Below are positions 1 to 13,742 of a DNA stretch of 64,000 nucleotides, one piece after another (the first letter of the stretch is position 1; the number at the start of each line of letters is the position of its first letter). Origin of the DNA: Eledone cirrhosa. Lineage: Eukaryota. Where the stretch lies: positions 62,001 through 126,000 of the forward strand of contig CAXHJY010000157.1 of the NCBI GenBank assembly GCA_964016885.1, in the 5' to 3' direction. Position numbers and translations under genes: made by a program. The notes under the pieces were generated by a model, which did not search any database, was not told the origin of the DNA, and saw only the letters and a program-made list of their open reading frames with translations.

Positions 1-2316
1 AAACATTTTGAAAACCTAATCGCTATAGAATAGAATACGTCACGTATTACAATTAGATTCTCGATAAAAGCAAGGGAAGTAATCTACGCGTTTCATTCTT
101 GTTAGAAATCATCAGGACTACATATCCAGTGCTTTTATCGAGAATGACACAGCTAGAGACTTATAGAATACTTAGCTGTGTACAGGAACTGGTTTGAAAG
201 AGCGGTTGCCGGTCCGGCAGAAATTAGAAATTGGAATAAATGCTCTGAAATAGCGATATATATGTGAATATAGACATAGAATATTCGAAAATATTCTGTA
301 TGTTTATAATAAACATTTTGAAGACCTAATCGCTATAGAATAGAATACGTCACGTATTACAATTAGATTCTCGATAAAAGCAAGGGAAGTAATCTACGCG
401 TTTCATTCTTGTTAGAAATCATCAGGACTACATATCCAGTGCTTTTATCGAGAATGACACAGCTAGAGACTTATAGAATACTTAGCTGTGTACAGGAACT
501 GGTTTGAAAGAGCGGTTGCCGGTCCGGCAGAAATTAGAAATTGGAATAAATGCTCTGAAATAGCGATATATATGTGAATATAGACATAGAATATTCGAAA
601 ATATTCTGTATGTTTATAATAAACATTTTGAAGACCTAATCGCTATAGAATAGAATACGTCACGTATTACAATTAGATTCTCGATAAAAGCAAGGGAAGT
701 AATCTACGCGTTTCATTCTTGTTAGAAATCATCAGGACTACATATCCAGTGCTTTTATCGAGAATGACACAGCTAGAGACTTATAGAATACTTAGCTGTG
801 TACAGGAACTGGTTTGAAAGAGCGGTTGCCGGTCCGGCAGAAATTAGAAATTGGAATAAATGCTCTGAAATAGCGATATATATGTGAATATAGACATAGA
901 ATATTCGAAAATATTCTGTATGTTTATAATAAACATTTTGAAGACCTAATCGCTATAGAATAGAATACGTCACGTATTACAATTAGATTCTCGATAAAAG
1001 CAAGGGAAGTAATCTACGCGTTTCATTCTTGTTAGAAATCATCAGGACTACATATCCAGTGCTTTTATCGAGAATGACACAGCTAGAGACTTATAGAATA
1101 CTTAGCTGTGTACAGGAACTGGTTTGAAAGAGCGGTTGCCGGTCCGGCAGAAATTAGAAATTGGAATAAATGCTCTGAAATAGCGATATATATGTGAATA
1201 TAGACATAGAATATTCGAAAATATTCTGTATGTTTATAATAAACATTTTGAAGACCTAATCGCTATAGAATAGAATACGTCACGTATTACAATTAGATTC
1301 TCGATAAAAGCAAGGGAAGTAATCTACGCGTTTCATTCTTGTTAGAAATCATCAGGACTACATATCCAGTGCTTTTATCGAGAATGACACAGCTAGAGAC
1401 TTATAGAATACTTAGCTGTGTACAGGAACTGGTTTGAAAGAGCGGTTGCCGGTCCGGCAGAAATTAGAAATTGGAATAAATGCTCTGAAATAGCGATATA
1501 TATGTGAATATAGACATAGAATATTCGAAAATATTCTGTATGTTTATAATAAACATTTTGAAGACCTAATCGCTATAGAATAGAATACGTCACGTATTAC
1601 AATTAGATTCTCGATAAAAGCAAGGGAAGTAATCTACGCGTTTCATTCTTGTTAGAAATCATCAGGACTACATATCCAGTGCTTTTATCGAGAATGACAC
1701 AGCTAGAGACTTATAGAATACTTAGCTGTGTACAGGAACTGGTTTGAAAGAGCGGTTGCCGGTCCGGCAGAAATTAGAAATTGGAATAAATGCTCTGAAA
1801 TAGCGATATATATGTGAATATAGACATAGAATATTCGAAAATATTCTGTATGTTTATAATAAACATTTTGAAGACCTAATCGCTATAGAATAGAATACGT
1901 CACGTATTACAATTAGATTCTCGATAAAAGCAAGGGAAGTAATCTACGCGTTTCATTCTTGTTAGAAATCATCAGGACTACATATCCAGTGCTTTTATCT
2001 AGAATGACACAGCTAGAGACTTATAGAATACTTAGCTGTGTACAGGAACTGGTTTGAAAGAGCGGTTGCCGGTCCGGCAGAAATTAGAAATTGGAATAAA
2101 TGCTCTGAAATAGCGATATATATGTGAATATAGACATAGAATATTCGAAAATATTCTGTATGTTTATAATAAACATTTTGAAGACCTAATCGCTATAGAA
2201 TAGAATACGTCACGTATTACAATTAGATTCTCGATAAAAGCAAGGGAAGTAATCTACGCGTTTCATTCTTGTTAGAAATCATCAGGACTACATATCCAGT
2301 GCTTTTATCGAGAATG
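1..2316 (-). repeat. 310-bp tandem array (about 7.5 units, open at window start), one hammerhead per unit; retrozyme-like
   Basis: Units start at 1, 311, 621, 931, 1241, 1551, 1861, 2171; only single-base differences seen (e.g. pos 13, pos 2000); no ORF; HHR on minus strand at 79-121 +310n. Confidence 0.95.
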
Positions 2317-2607
2317 CAACCGCTCTTTCAAACCTGTTCCTGTACACAGCTAAGTATTCTATAAGTCTCTAGCTGTGTCATTCTCGATAAAAGCACTGGA
2401 TATGTAGTCCTGATGATTTCTAACAAGAATGAAACGCGTAGATTACTTCCCTTGCTTTTATCGAGAATCTAATTGTAATACGTGACGTATTCTATTCTAT
2501 AGCGATTAGGTCTTCAAAATGTTTATTATAAACATACAGAATATTTTCGAATATTCTATGTCTATATTCACATATATATCGCTATTTCAGAGCATTTATT
2601 CCAATTT
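2317..2607 (+). repeat. Inverted partial copy of the 310-bp unit, ending in a (TA)n tract
   Basis: Reverse complement of most of one unit; abuts the last forward unit at 2316 and (TA)n at 2608. Confidence 0.95.
2404..2446 (+). ncRNA. Type-I hammerhead ribozyme (same motif on minus strand at 79-121, 389-431, 699-741, 1009-1051, 1319-1361, 1629-1671, 1939-1981, 2249-2291)
   Basis: GTAGTC-CTGATGA-TTTCT AACA AGAAT-GAAA-CGCG-TA/GATTAC; stem I 6 bp plus 15-bp extension (2381-2395 with 2453-2467); palindromic stem III ACGCGT; GUA cut after 2440. Confidence 0.9.
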
Positions 2608-2608
2608 A

Positions 2609-2643
<35 letters not shown>

Positions 2644-2718
2644 GAAAAGAGTCAGGACCGCGACGGCTGAGCTCCGGCCGTTTCGTCAGCCAGATCCGAT
2701 ACATATATATATATACAG

Positions 2719-2781
<63 letters not shown>

Positions 2782-2789
2782 CATGAGGC

Positions 2790-3330
2790 TAAATACGATT
2801 CCCATCTAGCTAGTTATGCAAGTATAAGGTACAGTATCTCACATATTTAATGGTACCTCGCGGCCCCGAAGGTAGGAATAAGGTCACCCACTTCATGTAT
2901 AATTGAAATCAACAAGGATAAATGCAGTTTAAATTTGGACACTAAATAAACTACAACATTCAATTTGTTGAAACAGATGAACTGAGCCTCCTCATTATAC
3001 TTACCTGTGACATATTACCTTGACAAACACAACCTATGCTGTTTCTGCCCCAGTATACCAATAAGAGTTATGACCCATTACCATCATTTCTATGCCCAAC
3101 GGAAAGATGAATCGGTTGGACCAGAGCCACCCAGCCCACCCGAAATCCATGATCAGGTAAGAGAAATGATCGCAAATGCCTTAGGGCCAGTACTAAAAAT
3201 ATTCTAACGGGCCACATGTTTAAATTCAATAACAAAACACACCCATGATGAGGGGGAAGCATGGGTGTCCTTATCGCTTATATCGTGGTCAACCTGTTTA
3301 TGGTAAGTTGAGACTAGAGACTCAAGGAAA
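2790..3330 (+). pseudogene. Highly degenerate reverse-transcriptase fragment, possibly PLE-like
   Basis: Across frameshifts reads ..GHMFKFNNKT..G.SMG....VNLFM, resembling the RT GxxMG..ANLFM region. Confidence 0.35.
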
Positions 3331-3554
3331 GCTGAGTAGAGATATCTATACCCCTAACCATGAAGTCTTGTATTGCTGATAATATGAATATAGTAGTAAA
3401 GCTCCCCCCTTAGAAGAGAGTACCAATGAATCTGAAATAAAAGCTAGCACCATGGAGAGCATCCAGCAAATAGATCCATCTACCAGAGTATTGAGTTAAA
3501 GATACACTACCCTAACAAGCACCCCGACCCCAGAAATGGCTGAAACTGATAATG

Positions 3555-3607
<53 letters not shown>

Positions 3608-3730
3608 TATGTATGTAAATATATACATTCATATATATATATATATATATATAACGCAGGAAATGTGGTAAGGAACCAGGTGGACCATAACGCACCAAAG
3701 TACTCAATACTTAGGGTAGTAGAGTGGGTA

Positions 3731-3838
3731 ATAGGAACAAGTAAGACCCTGACGGCTGAGCTCAAGCCGTTTCGACGGCTAATTCTGAGAATTAGCCGTC
3801 GAAACGGCTTGAGCTCAGCCGTCGGGGTCTTACTTGAT

Positions 3839-3843
<5 letters not shown>
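3731..3843. repeat. Fold-back hairpin (56-bp arms, 1-nt loop) containing the 3' half of a hammerhead
   Basis: Arms 3731-3786 and 3788-3843; GAAA-CGGCT-tgagctc-AGCCG-TC gives stem III plus GUC triplet; related fragment at 2650-2700 (minus). Confidence 0.85.
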
Positions 3844-3902
<59 letters not shown>

Positions 3903-4264
3903 ATTAAACCACATCTACACCCTCACTTCTGTTTCATTGTTTCATTATTTCACTCCCACTAAGTGATTGAGATGAGATGGATGATAGAGAGAGAATATTC
4001 TGATAGATCGAAGTTTCCCCCAGTAAAGATAACTAAATATCCGATATATATATCTATAATATTATGGCATCGAGTGAAAGACAAGTCGTCAAGGATATTT
4101 GGAAGCCATTAGTCACTAAACTAATTAGGGTGGTGTGAAATTTGTAAATGAGATAGAATTTCAGGCTGAAGCATACTGTTTTCAGGAGCTTTCATTAGTT
4201 CTGCTTAATGTGCTTTCTACACACGTCATTTAACTTGTTCCAAACATAGACATTGTATTCGGAG

Positions 4265-4355
<91 letters not shown>

Positions 4356-4471
4356 TGTTTGCGCGCGCGCGCATGTATGTGTGTGTGTGTGTATACATAT
4401 ATATATATATATATATGCATATATATATATAAATATATATACATATAAACATGCATATATATATATACACA

Positions 4472-4515
<44 letters not shown>

Positions 4516-4524
4516 TATATATAT

Positions 4525-4604
<80 letters not shown>

Positions 4605-4844
4605 TTACACATATACCTACACATACGTATACGTATGTACATACATGTGCTATACGGTTTTTCCTAATTGGTAGCTGTGGCTGTGATTGTGTCGCTCTAA
4701 TCAGCAAAGTCCGTTGTGAGAGACGAAGAAAGCACTCGACGTTATTTGTTTGCTACCAAAGTTGATTTGGCATCGCATGTGCTGTGTATGGACTGATTTA
4801 AATATATTATGGATACAGTACGGGGGTTAGATGTCATAGCTTCA

Positions 4845-5062
4845 GGTGGATTGGCAATATGGGCAGAGGATCGGGTTTCATCCTTTGAAGCATAGAGTTA
4901 CGGCCCTTTATGATCTGAATTCAAATCCCGTCGAGGTTAACTTTGCCTTTCATCCTTACGGGGTCGATAAAATAAAGTACCAGTCACGTACTGGGGTCGA
5001 TTTTAACGACTTTCCCCTCCTCAAAAATTGCTGGCCTTGGGCCTATATAAGAAACCATTAAT
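4845..5062 (+). mobile_element. tRNA-derived SINE, family 1
   Basis: A-box-like head, B-box-like TTCAAATCC, core TTTGCCTTTCATCCTTACGGGGTCGATAAAATAAAGTACCAG shared with many copies in the window. Confidence 0.85.
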
Positions 5063-5464
5063 TACGCAATGGCCATAATACGTATTTCTGTGCTGATACT
5101 GTTCCGTTATGTTACTATGACGCAACCCATGACACACCGAGTGTGAGATATTATTGGGAAGGCAAATGTTCTGTATTCAGCCAATATGTGCCGTGCATGA
5201 AATCATTAAGTAAATAGAAATCAGTCATAAACATCAATCTCTGCTGAAATTAGTAGTCATAGAAAGCTGACAAAATAAAATAGTTGGTAGTGTGATAGCT
5301 AAATAATTGGCGTTTGGTCAATCACTGGTCAGTCTGAGACATTAGACCAGTGAGGGGGGATTCTAAAAAATGGAGATACTAGATACAAAGGGAGATACTA
5401 GAAATAAGAGAGGGGTACACATACACACACACACACATATATATATATTATATATATATATACA

Positions 5465-5527
<63 letters not shown>

Positions 5528-5628
5528 AGGGAGTGTAACGCGGAGTTACTGTAGGTTCACCCGGGTGAGCACTCGATGTTTAGGGTCACATCAGTAGATG
5601 TGTAGAGTTAGACAGAGTATAATATAAT

Positions 5629-5800
5629 ATAATTGTTTCTACTTTTGGCACAAGGCCAGCAATTTACCAGTGCATTACTGGTACTTTATTTTATCGACCC
5701 CATAAGGATGAAAGTCAAAGATAAACTCGGTGGGATTTGAACTCAGATCATAAAGAGCCGTAACTATGCTGCAAGCATGGTGTCCGACTCTCTACCGATA
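5629..5800 (-). mobile_element. tRNA-derived SINE, family 1
   Basis: Reverse complement of the copies at 7858 and 14903. Confidence 0.85.
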
Positions 5801-5926
5801 ATACAAGGACGTTTATTAGTTGGTGATGCGTGTTTCGTTACTGATCAGATCAGGGTTCGATCTGTATCGATCTGGCCCGATTTTGGAATCAAAGGCTCGT
5901 CGGACCTCTGTAGTTGGAATGACAGA

Positions 5927-6000
<74 letters not shown>

Positions 6001-6049
6001 ATGTATATGTGTATATATATGTGTATGTGTGTGTGTGTGTGTATGTATA

Positions 6050-6938
6050 TCTATATATATAAAACTGAGGTTGTCTGTCTGTCTACTAAAACGGTCGGCA
6101 CACGTCTCCTCCTAAACCGTACGTTCAAATTTCGTTGAAATTGCTACACTTATAGATGAAGGTCCGGCGGAGACACGGTCAAAAAAATGTTCAAATCGAC
6201 CCACGCCTAGTGCAAAAATCGAATTTGTAATGCATTGATTTTTCAGTTCAAATGTATAAGTAGAGATGAGAAACGAGTTATTTCCCTTTTATGGCGTCAT
6301 TCTTCTTATCTATTTATGTTACGAATAAACGACGCTTGGAAAGGTACAAAAATACACGAACAACTTTCAGGCCAGCAAAATTTTAACCTGCAAAATTCAT
6401 GAGTTCGAAATTTCAACATGAAGCTTCCATTTTGCTTCATTTCCATTAAAAAGTCTTTTAAAACAATATTTTTACTTGAAAAACAAGCCTATTTGAATAC
6501 ACAGTAAAACAAGCAAATATTTTGTATAAAAAGCATTGACCTCGAATAAAACCAAATGAGATTTTCATTTAGAAGCAATGATTTTAAGCGACAGACAGAT
6601 AACGCATTTTTTTTTTTTTTTTTTTCATGTCCATCCAATTTCTTTGTTTCAAAATAACTGATAGTTTGATTACGCTGATGTTTTTCTCTGAGACAAGTGT
6701 TGCAGTGTTTATATTTTTTATTTTTGTTAATAGATTACCAGTGCAGTTTTATCCCCAGCATCCTCTTTTCTTTTAACATTCGGGTTATGGTTATGTTTTC
6801 TTAACTTCATACTGTTGGTTGAGGGAATATTAATCAAAAGTACCACATGTACAGTTTTTAAGCCAAGAAAGGAACTTAACATTGTAACTTTAACACAGCT
6901 AGTGAGCAGCCCCGAGCAACGCCGGGCTTTACTGCTAG
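6050..6938 (+). mobile_element. Non-autonomous Helitron-like element
   Basis: 5' TC-TATATATATAAAA.., GTCT microsatellite near 5' end, 3' hairpin CCCGAGCAACGCCGGG then CTAG, inserted between A and T. Confidence 0.75.
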
Positions 6939-7374
6939 TATATATATATTTGTGTATATATATTTTCTGTTGTGGGAACATCCGCAGCCTTTAATATTCA
7001 CATACAGTTAGAAAATATATATTTTTATAAAATATATTATAATTTTGTATTTATATCTAAACATAACAGTCAGGTATACGTATCTTTGCTATATTACAGT
7101 ACATCGTTGTCTGTTATAAAGCTATCTCATATTTTAGAATGGGGGTGTATTAATGTGTGTATGTGTATGTGTGTGTGTGGGCACATGTCTGCTTCTGCTC
7201 GTATGTGGGAATCTGTGTACATACAAGTGGAGATTCGAAGTGTAAATGATAGCAGAAGAAATGTCTAAATATCAAATCACCTTTGACTTACGTCAAGAAA
7301 GTTCTCTTGTATGTCCTTCACATACACACCTTTACTAACCCGCATATGTATATATATATATCATACATATATAT

Positions 7375-7417
<43 letters not shown>

Positions 7418-7489
7418 TTAAGTGTATGTATATGCATGTATACATACATACACCCACCCACACACACATACACATATAGATACATACAC

Positions 7490-7598
7490 ACACACACATA
7501 CACACATACATACATACATACATACATACATACATACATACATACATACATACATACATACATACATACATACATACATACATACATACATACATACA
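7490..7598. repeat. (CATA)n microsatellite
   Basis: Direct reading. Confidence 0.95.
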
Positions 7599-7857
7599 AA
7601 CAAACAAAGTGTTAAATGAATAAATTACTTAGTACGAAAGATGGTGTCAGCTGCTATATATATTTGTCAAAATGCCACAACACAATTTTTTCAATCGGCA
7701 ACTTTGATTTTTTGGAGAACTTTGATTGCTTCTAGTTTCTTTCTGTTCTGTATATATTTTGATAATATAAGCTTTCAAATATGACACCTAGTTTGCTATC
7801 GAGATATTTACGTTAACATGCGGTTCGTGAATATTGAATTACATTATATGTTTTAAT

Positions 7858-8166
7858 AGGGCGGTGAATTGGCAGTATCGGTAGAGGGTCGGACGCCTTG
7901 CTTTGACGCATAGAGTTACGGCCCTTGCCATTCTGAGTTCAAATCCCGCCGAGGTTAACTTTGCCTTTCATCCTTACGGGGTCGATAAAATAAGGTACCA
8001 GTAATGTACTGTGTAATTGCTGGCCTTGTGCCAATAGTAGAAACAATTATATGTTTTAATTCCGCTTAAGTTAACTTTACCTTTCACCTTTACGGGGTCG
8101 ATAAAATAAAGTACCAGTAATGCATTGGGGTAATTGTGGCCTTGTGCCAAAAGTAGAAACAATTAT
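7858..8166 (+). mobile_element. tRNA-derived SINE family 1, full copy plus tandem 3' half
   Basis: GGGCGGTGAATTGGCAGTATCGGTAGAGGGTCGGAC head, GAGTTCAAATCC B box; 3' half repeated about 8062-8166. Confidence 0.85.
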
Positions 8167-8566
8167 GTTTCATAAGCTATATAAAAAAAAAGAAAAGGCG
8201 TTTAGTGTAGAAGATAGGTGTTTGGCTCATGTTTTAAATTTTGTTAATGCTTTTATCTGCTCCTAATTTTATTTATTGCATTTATACGCTCATATTTCCA
8301 TATGATTCTTTTGCCTTTGCTATCTTTTCTTATATAAATGTCGATACTTATGCTTACTTCCCATATTATGTATCCTCTTAATGTTCTTGTGACAAACGTC
8401 TGATATTATATTTGTGTTTCAACCTTCATTATATACTCCGATGATGTCGGCCTTGTGCTAGGATGAAACGATCGCAAGTGATTAAATGTTCTAAACACAC
8501 TTTCAGTGTTGTTTATGAAGTATATATATGTGTGTATTTAAGTGTATATAAGTAATTATGTATCTC

Positions 8567-8675
<109 letters not shown>

Positions 8676-9227
8676 TTATACTTAAATACACATATATATA
8701 TACTATTTATTTATATATATATATGTGTGTGTGTGCATGCGTATGTGTGTACATGTATGTGTGTGTTTAGGTATATATGCATAATTCCTATATATATATT
8801 TTATAGAGATGAACTGTATTCCAAATTAAATATAAAGATGAGTACTCCTGCGTGACGTCTTGCGTTTATTGTTGAATAAATCATACATTAGCAACCGGAA
8901 ACTACAGCAAGATCTTATTGCAAAACGCAGGTGTTTTAATTTATAAAACAGCCATATCGTCGCTTTTATCATCAATTATAATACTAAAAGAATCAGAAGT
9001 CGTTTTAGCGTAAAGAAGCCAAAGTTAAGCAGACCAATCGCCCGCCAGACAGATTTTGTAATATTATTAATAGTATTATCACGTTTTATTGTTTGTTTGT
9101 TTTTCGTTTCCTTCAGTTTTGATTATATTTCTTGCCAAGTGTCTTCCCGACATCTAGGGCGGAGAAATTATTTTAACTTTGCCTTTCATCCTTACGGGGT
9201 TCTGAGCATTGGCTCCTTACTAGTCTA

Positions 9228-9490
9228 TCCATCCCATGACAAGACCAGTGTGTCTCCTCTTGCAATTCCTCATTACCATCTTATCAATAAGTAACTGGAC
9301 CTTTGTACCACGGGACTTCTTTCGGCATCCTTTCTGTTCGTCCGGTAACAAGTTGTTTGTGTGGAGGTGATGGTAAATTTCCTCAGACATAATACTTGTC
9401 AACAGTTTCCACATTACGGACAGACATGTGATAGGTCTATAGTTGGTAACATCATTACCCTTGATTCGGTCTTTCATTACCAGAACTGTG

Positions 9491-9492
<2 letters not shown>
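9228..9492 (-). pseudogene. Second RT fragment of the adjacent RLE LINE
   Basis: [40 protein letters not shown]; near-identical to 11160-11385; abuts (AAT)n tract 9492-9575. Confidence 0.85.
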
Positions 9493-9564
<72 letters not shown>

Positions 9565-9689
9565 GTTGTTGTTGTTATTCTTTGAGTCTCAGTCATTGAT
9601 GTTATTTAACTGGAAAGTTTGTTGAAATGAATGGTATGATTTAATAGGGCGGTGAATTGGCAGTATCGGCACCTGCAGCCTCAGATATT

Positions 9690-12170
9690 CAGGACGTATC
9701 GGAGGGTTATTGCTGTTCCCAGCAAGCATGCCTTTTGAATTGTTCCAAAAGCGGGGCTGGACTAATTTTCTTTAACCATCCTTGGAAACTCTTTGAGATA
9801 GTACCTAGTGTGCCTATGACAATCGGGACGACCTTCATTTCATGGCAGTTCCAAATCCTTTTTACCTCCCACTTTAAGTCCTGGTAATTGGTTAATTTTC
9901 TCCCTCTCCTTTTCTTGCACTCTCGTGTCAAATGGGCGGCTACATCTACAATCAGGCACGATGTATTTTCCTTGTCCAAAACCACCAGGTCAGACCTATT
10001 GTGTTCTAATTTCTTGTCCGTCTGTATCCTAAAATCCCATAGCACCTTCACCTGATCGCAGCTATTAGCATTCCTTCTGTAGCCTGTTTAAGGTCTCCTC
10101 TTTTTAACCAGTTCCATGTATGTGGATCTCTAAATTCAGTTTTCTTAAAGAGGATACTAAGAAGGTATTTTTCATGAAGGTTGCTCTTTCTCCTTGTTGT
10201 TATTTCCTCCTTGGACATCCCCTGGTCTATTGTCCTCTCCTTCAGTACTACTTTGAGCATTGGCTCCCTAATGTCAGCTACGTATTTGTGCAGGTTGTTT
10301 TTCTCCATCTGAACACAGTCCTCTATGCTGATAAGACCTCGTCTACCTTCAGATATCTTTAAGTAGAGTCTATCAACATCATTCCTCTTGTGGAATATGT
10401 TGTAGATAGTCAATAGCTTCCTAGTTTTCCTATCCATTTCTTTTTGTTCAGGAACATTCCATTTCAGAATTCCCGCACTGTACCTAATAATAGACACCGC
10501 TCGGGGATTCACTACACTTATGACATTCCTACTATTTAGCTGTGATTTTAATACGCTCCTTACTCTCCTAATGTACTCAGATCTTATCAATTCCTTCATT
10601 TTCTTTTGTTCTTGATGTCATCTGCTTCCAGAACACCTAAATATGTGTATCCTTCTTCAGTGTCAATTTCCTTTATCATTTCACCTGTTGGTACCTGGAT
10701 TCCGAGGCTTCTGCTCAATTTACCCCTCTTCATCACTAGGACTCCACACTTATTAATACCAAATTCCATAAATATATCATTGCTGAAAATACGGACAGTG
10801 TCAACAAGTACATCAAACTCCTTCTCACTCTTCCCAAAGAGTTTAAGATCGTCCATGAAGAGGAGGTGGTTAATGGTAAGCTCTCCTTTTCCCAACTTGT
10901 ATCCTGCTCTCACTTTTCGCAATATAATGGTCAAGTGTATCAGGGCAAGGACAAAGAGCAGAAGGGACAAACTATCTCCCTGGAAGATGCCTCTCTTGAT
11001 CTTCACGCCTCCCAAGGATTCTCCACCCGATGTTAACTCTGTTTCCCAGGACCTCATACTTTTGCTCAACAACTGTCTGATGTTATCTGCCACCTTGAAG
11101 ATCTCTAGACTTTTGGTTATCCAAGAATTAGATACCATGTCGAATACCTTTTTGTAATCTATCCATCCCATGGCAAGACCAGTGTGTCACCTCTCGCAAT
11201 TCCTCATTACCATCTTATCAATAAGTAACTGGTCTTTTTGTACCACGGGACTTCTTTCGGCATCCTTTCTGTTCGTCCCGTACCAAGTTGTTTATGTGGA
11301 GGTGATGGTAGATTTCCTCAGACACAAAGCTTGTTAACAGTTTCCACATTGCGGCCAGACATGTGATAGGTCTATAGTTGGTAACTATGTCAAACAAGCG
11401 GTTCTGTCTATACTGACTGACTCTGCTCCCATACCGCCTAATCTTTGCATTTTTTGCTACACTGCGTTGCTTCAGTTCCTCTATGATAATATTTAGCTTT
11501 TCCCCCTACTTTTGTACTTTATTTCCAATCTATTTTTAGTGCCTATGTTTTGTAATGTCCCATTCAGTAGGGACTAAAGCTTTCTCATTTCCTTGATTTG
11601 ATCATTCAGTCGTTTGTTGTTTCCTCTCGTTTTTATGCCAAGTAATTTCCTCATCGCATTTGCTATTGCTTTGAGGATATTGTTGCATTGGTGGAGGTTC
11701 CTCGGCTCAAGGTATGGGATGACTTTGTTTACCTTAGCTGTTGTTTCTTTTAACTTTTTCCTGTCTACAAATCTTAGGTTCATTTCATATACCACTAAGT
11801 TCAGGATATCAACTAAATCTTGTCCTAACCCGTCAGCATTCATTTCCTCAATGGCCGTATCTTTGTTCCAGATGTTATTTATTTCAGCATTCAGATCATT
11901 ATCTGCTTCGGATGCTTCCTCAGGGCTCTCAACTTCTTCACCTTCATTTCCCACTGGCTCGTTTGCCTCATATACTCCGCTCTCCATTTCCAACTTAATC
12001 TCTCGGCCCAGATTCTCCAGTTCCAACTCGCTTATCCATCCATTAGTTCTTATTACCCGAGCCTGTCCGGCCAATGTTTGTTCATCTAATTTAAATAGAC
12101 CAATCTCGTTCCAGACGTTATGCATCCGTTTCCTATAGCCTTCACCACCACTACCGTTTCCTATATCCAT
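9690..12170 (-). mobile_element. Degenerate R4/Dong-like non-LTR retrotransposon (RT + restriction-like endonuclease)
   Basis: ORF pieces: WIDYKKVFDMV, IKRGIFQGDSLS, HLLFMDDLKLF (RT); VLWDFRIQTDKKLEHNRSDLVVLDK..VDVA (RLE); frameshifts and deletions, CCHC region missing near 10050. Confidence 0.9.
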
Positions 12171-12599
12171 CCTTTCTGAAACAGTACAGAGAAGTACGGA
12201 ATATCTCGGCCTTGGAATGGTGTCTACAATTTGTGCTTATAAAAGAAATTTCTCGTAGATTACCAGGGGGTTTAACTTAATTGGGTGCCTGAGAGTAAAA
12301 TGTTCAACCCACGAAAGCCGAGACGATAGGGTTAAGTAAAAAGGCATTCGACAAACCGAACATGTATGTGTTATGCTTAGGTACAATGAAAGCAATAGTT
12401 ACAGAGCAGTAAGTATGTGGGACTGCAGTGGTGGAGAGTATGAAGGAATTTAGTTGGATACTTTTAAGGTTACAAAAATCTACCCACTCTGATATAGACC
12501 GAACTGTTATATCGGATGCCGAACACTCGGATTTACTATTGGGGTCACCATCAACAATTTCAAGGGATGTACGTTTAAGTAGAGATATAGTCTATAAAG

Positions 12600-12880
12600 A
12601 GAGGTAACTGTTTCAAAATACTAAAGAGTTGTCTCTATTGAAGAATGTAGACAAAATTGCCGAACTGACAAAAGGGGCTTAAAGTTTGAGTGAAAAAAAA
12701 ACACCTTTAACAACAGAAATTTGAAACATAAAAGCTGCAGTTAATATCTTTAGACCGCAAGGAATATATAAATGCAAGTTTGAAGTCAATCGGAGTAGAA
12801 ATATGGAATTGTATAGACTTTTCAAAATTAGGACACACACACACATACACACACAGACAACTTCAGTTTTATATATATAT
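12600..12880 (-). mobile_element. 5' fragment of a Helitron-like element related to 6050-6938
   Basis: Minus strand begins TATATATAAAACTGAAGTTGTCTGT, matching the 6050 terminus; left boundary uncertain. Confidence 0.5.
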
Positions 12881-12897
12881 GTATATATATATATGTA

Positions 12898-12951
<54 letters not shown>

Positions 12952-13322
12952 AGGTTTCTTGGTGAGGAGGGTGATTTGGGACGTCCTGCAGGACTAAAAA
13001 CAAAACCTGTCAAAGGGGAAAGGAGCTCTTAAGAGTCAATGGCCATCCAAAATCACCAGGAGAGATGACCCCTTAGCCTTTGTCAAGGCAGAATTCTAGG
13101 AGAAGGAAAACTCTGATAACACCTGCAACCCTGATGGTATCCAATGATGTTGACTTGTTCTTCTTTTTGGTAAATATCCTCTTGGTTAAGAGAGTGGGAC
13201 TGGCTTTGTGCCTTTGCTCACTATAAAAGCTTCACGGCACAGGCATTGCTTTATATCTGGAGATCTCTCTGCACTTGTCGTCACATGGTACCATGAGCCC
13301 AGCACTATGTGTCAATAATTGT

Positions 13323-13460
13323 CACAAGTGTAGTGTTTGTACCAGAGTTTTCAAGTCGCTTGCTGGACTAAAAAGTCACACTCGTTCAGAGCATCGGTAG
13401 GGGTTCTCCTACATGGATATAAATAGTGGCCGTACACGAAAACGAGTTGGCAGCCACCAT
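13323..13460 (+). mobile_element. RTE-like LINE/SINE 3' end with C2H2 zinc finger remnant
   Basis: 13323-13400 reads HKCSVCTRVFKSLAGLKSHTRSEHR*, followed by a short 3' UTR and (TA)n. Confidence 0.55.
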
Positions 13461-13501
13461 ATATATATATATATGTATATATAAATATGTGTGTGTGTAT
13501 A

Positions 13502-13679
13502 GAGAAATTCTAACCTCAGATGTGACATCGCCACTCATCTCTCCATCTCCCTTAACATTTGAGTATCATGAAACTTGTGAAACCGGTGTAATTATAAGTT
13601 TTTTTTATATAAACCTAATTACAGACGCCAATTGCGTTTTCAACTTCGTTTCCTTATATAAAAAAAAATTAACTTTCCA

Positions 13680-13742
<63 letters not shown>

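Noticed and set aside
13323-13400. Host C2H2 zinc-finger exon
   Set aside because: Single finger followed by stop, short UTR and microsatellite tail, typical of RTE-type 3' ends
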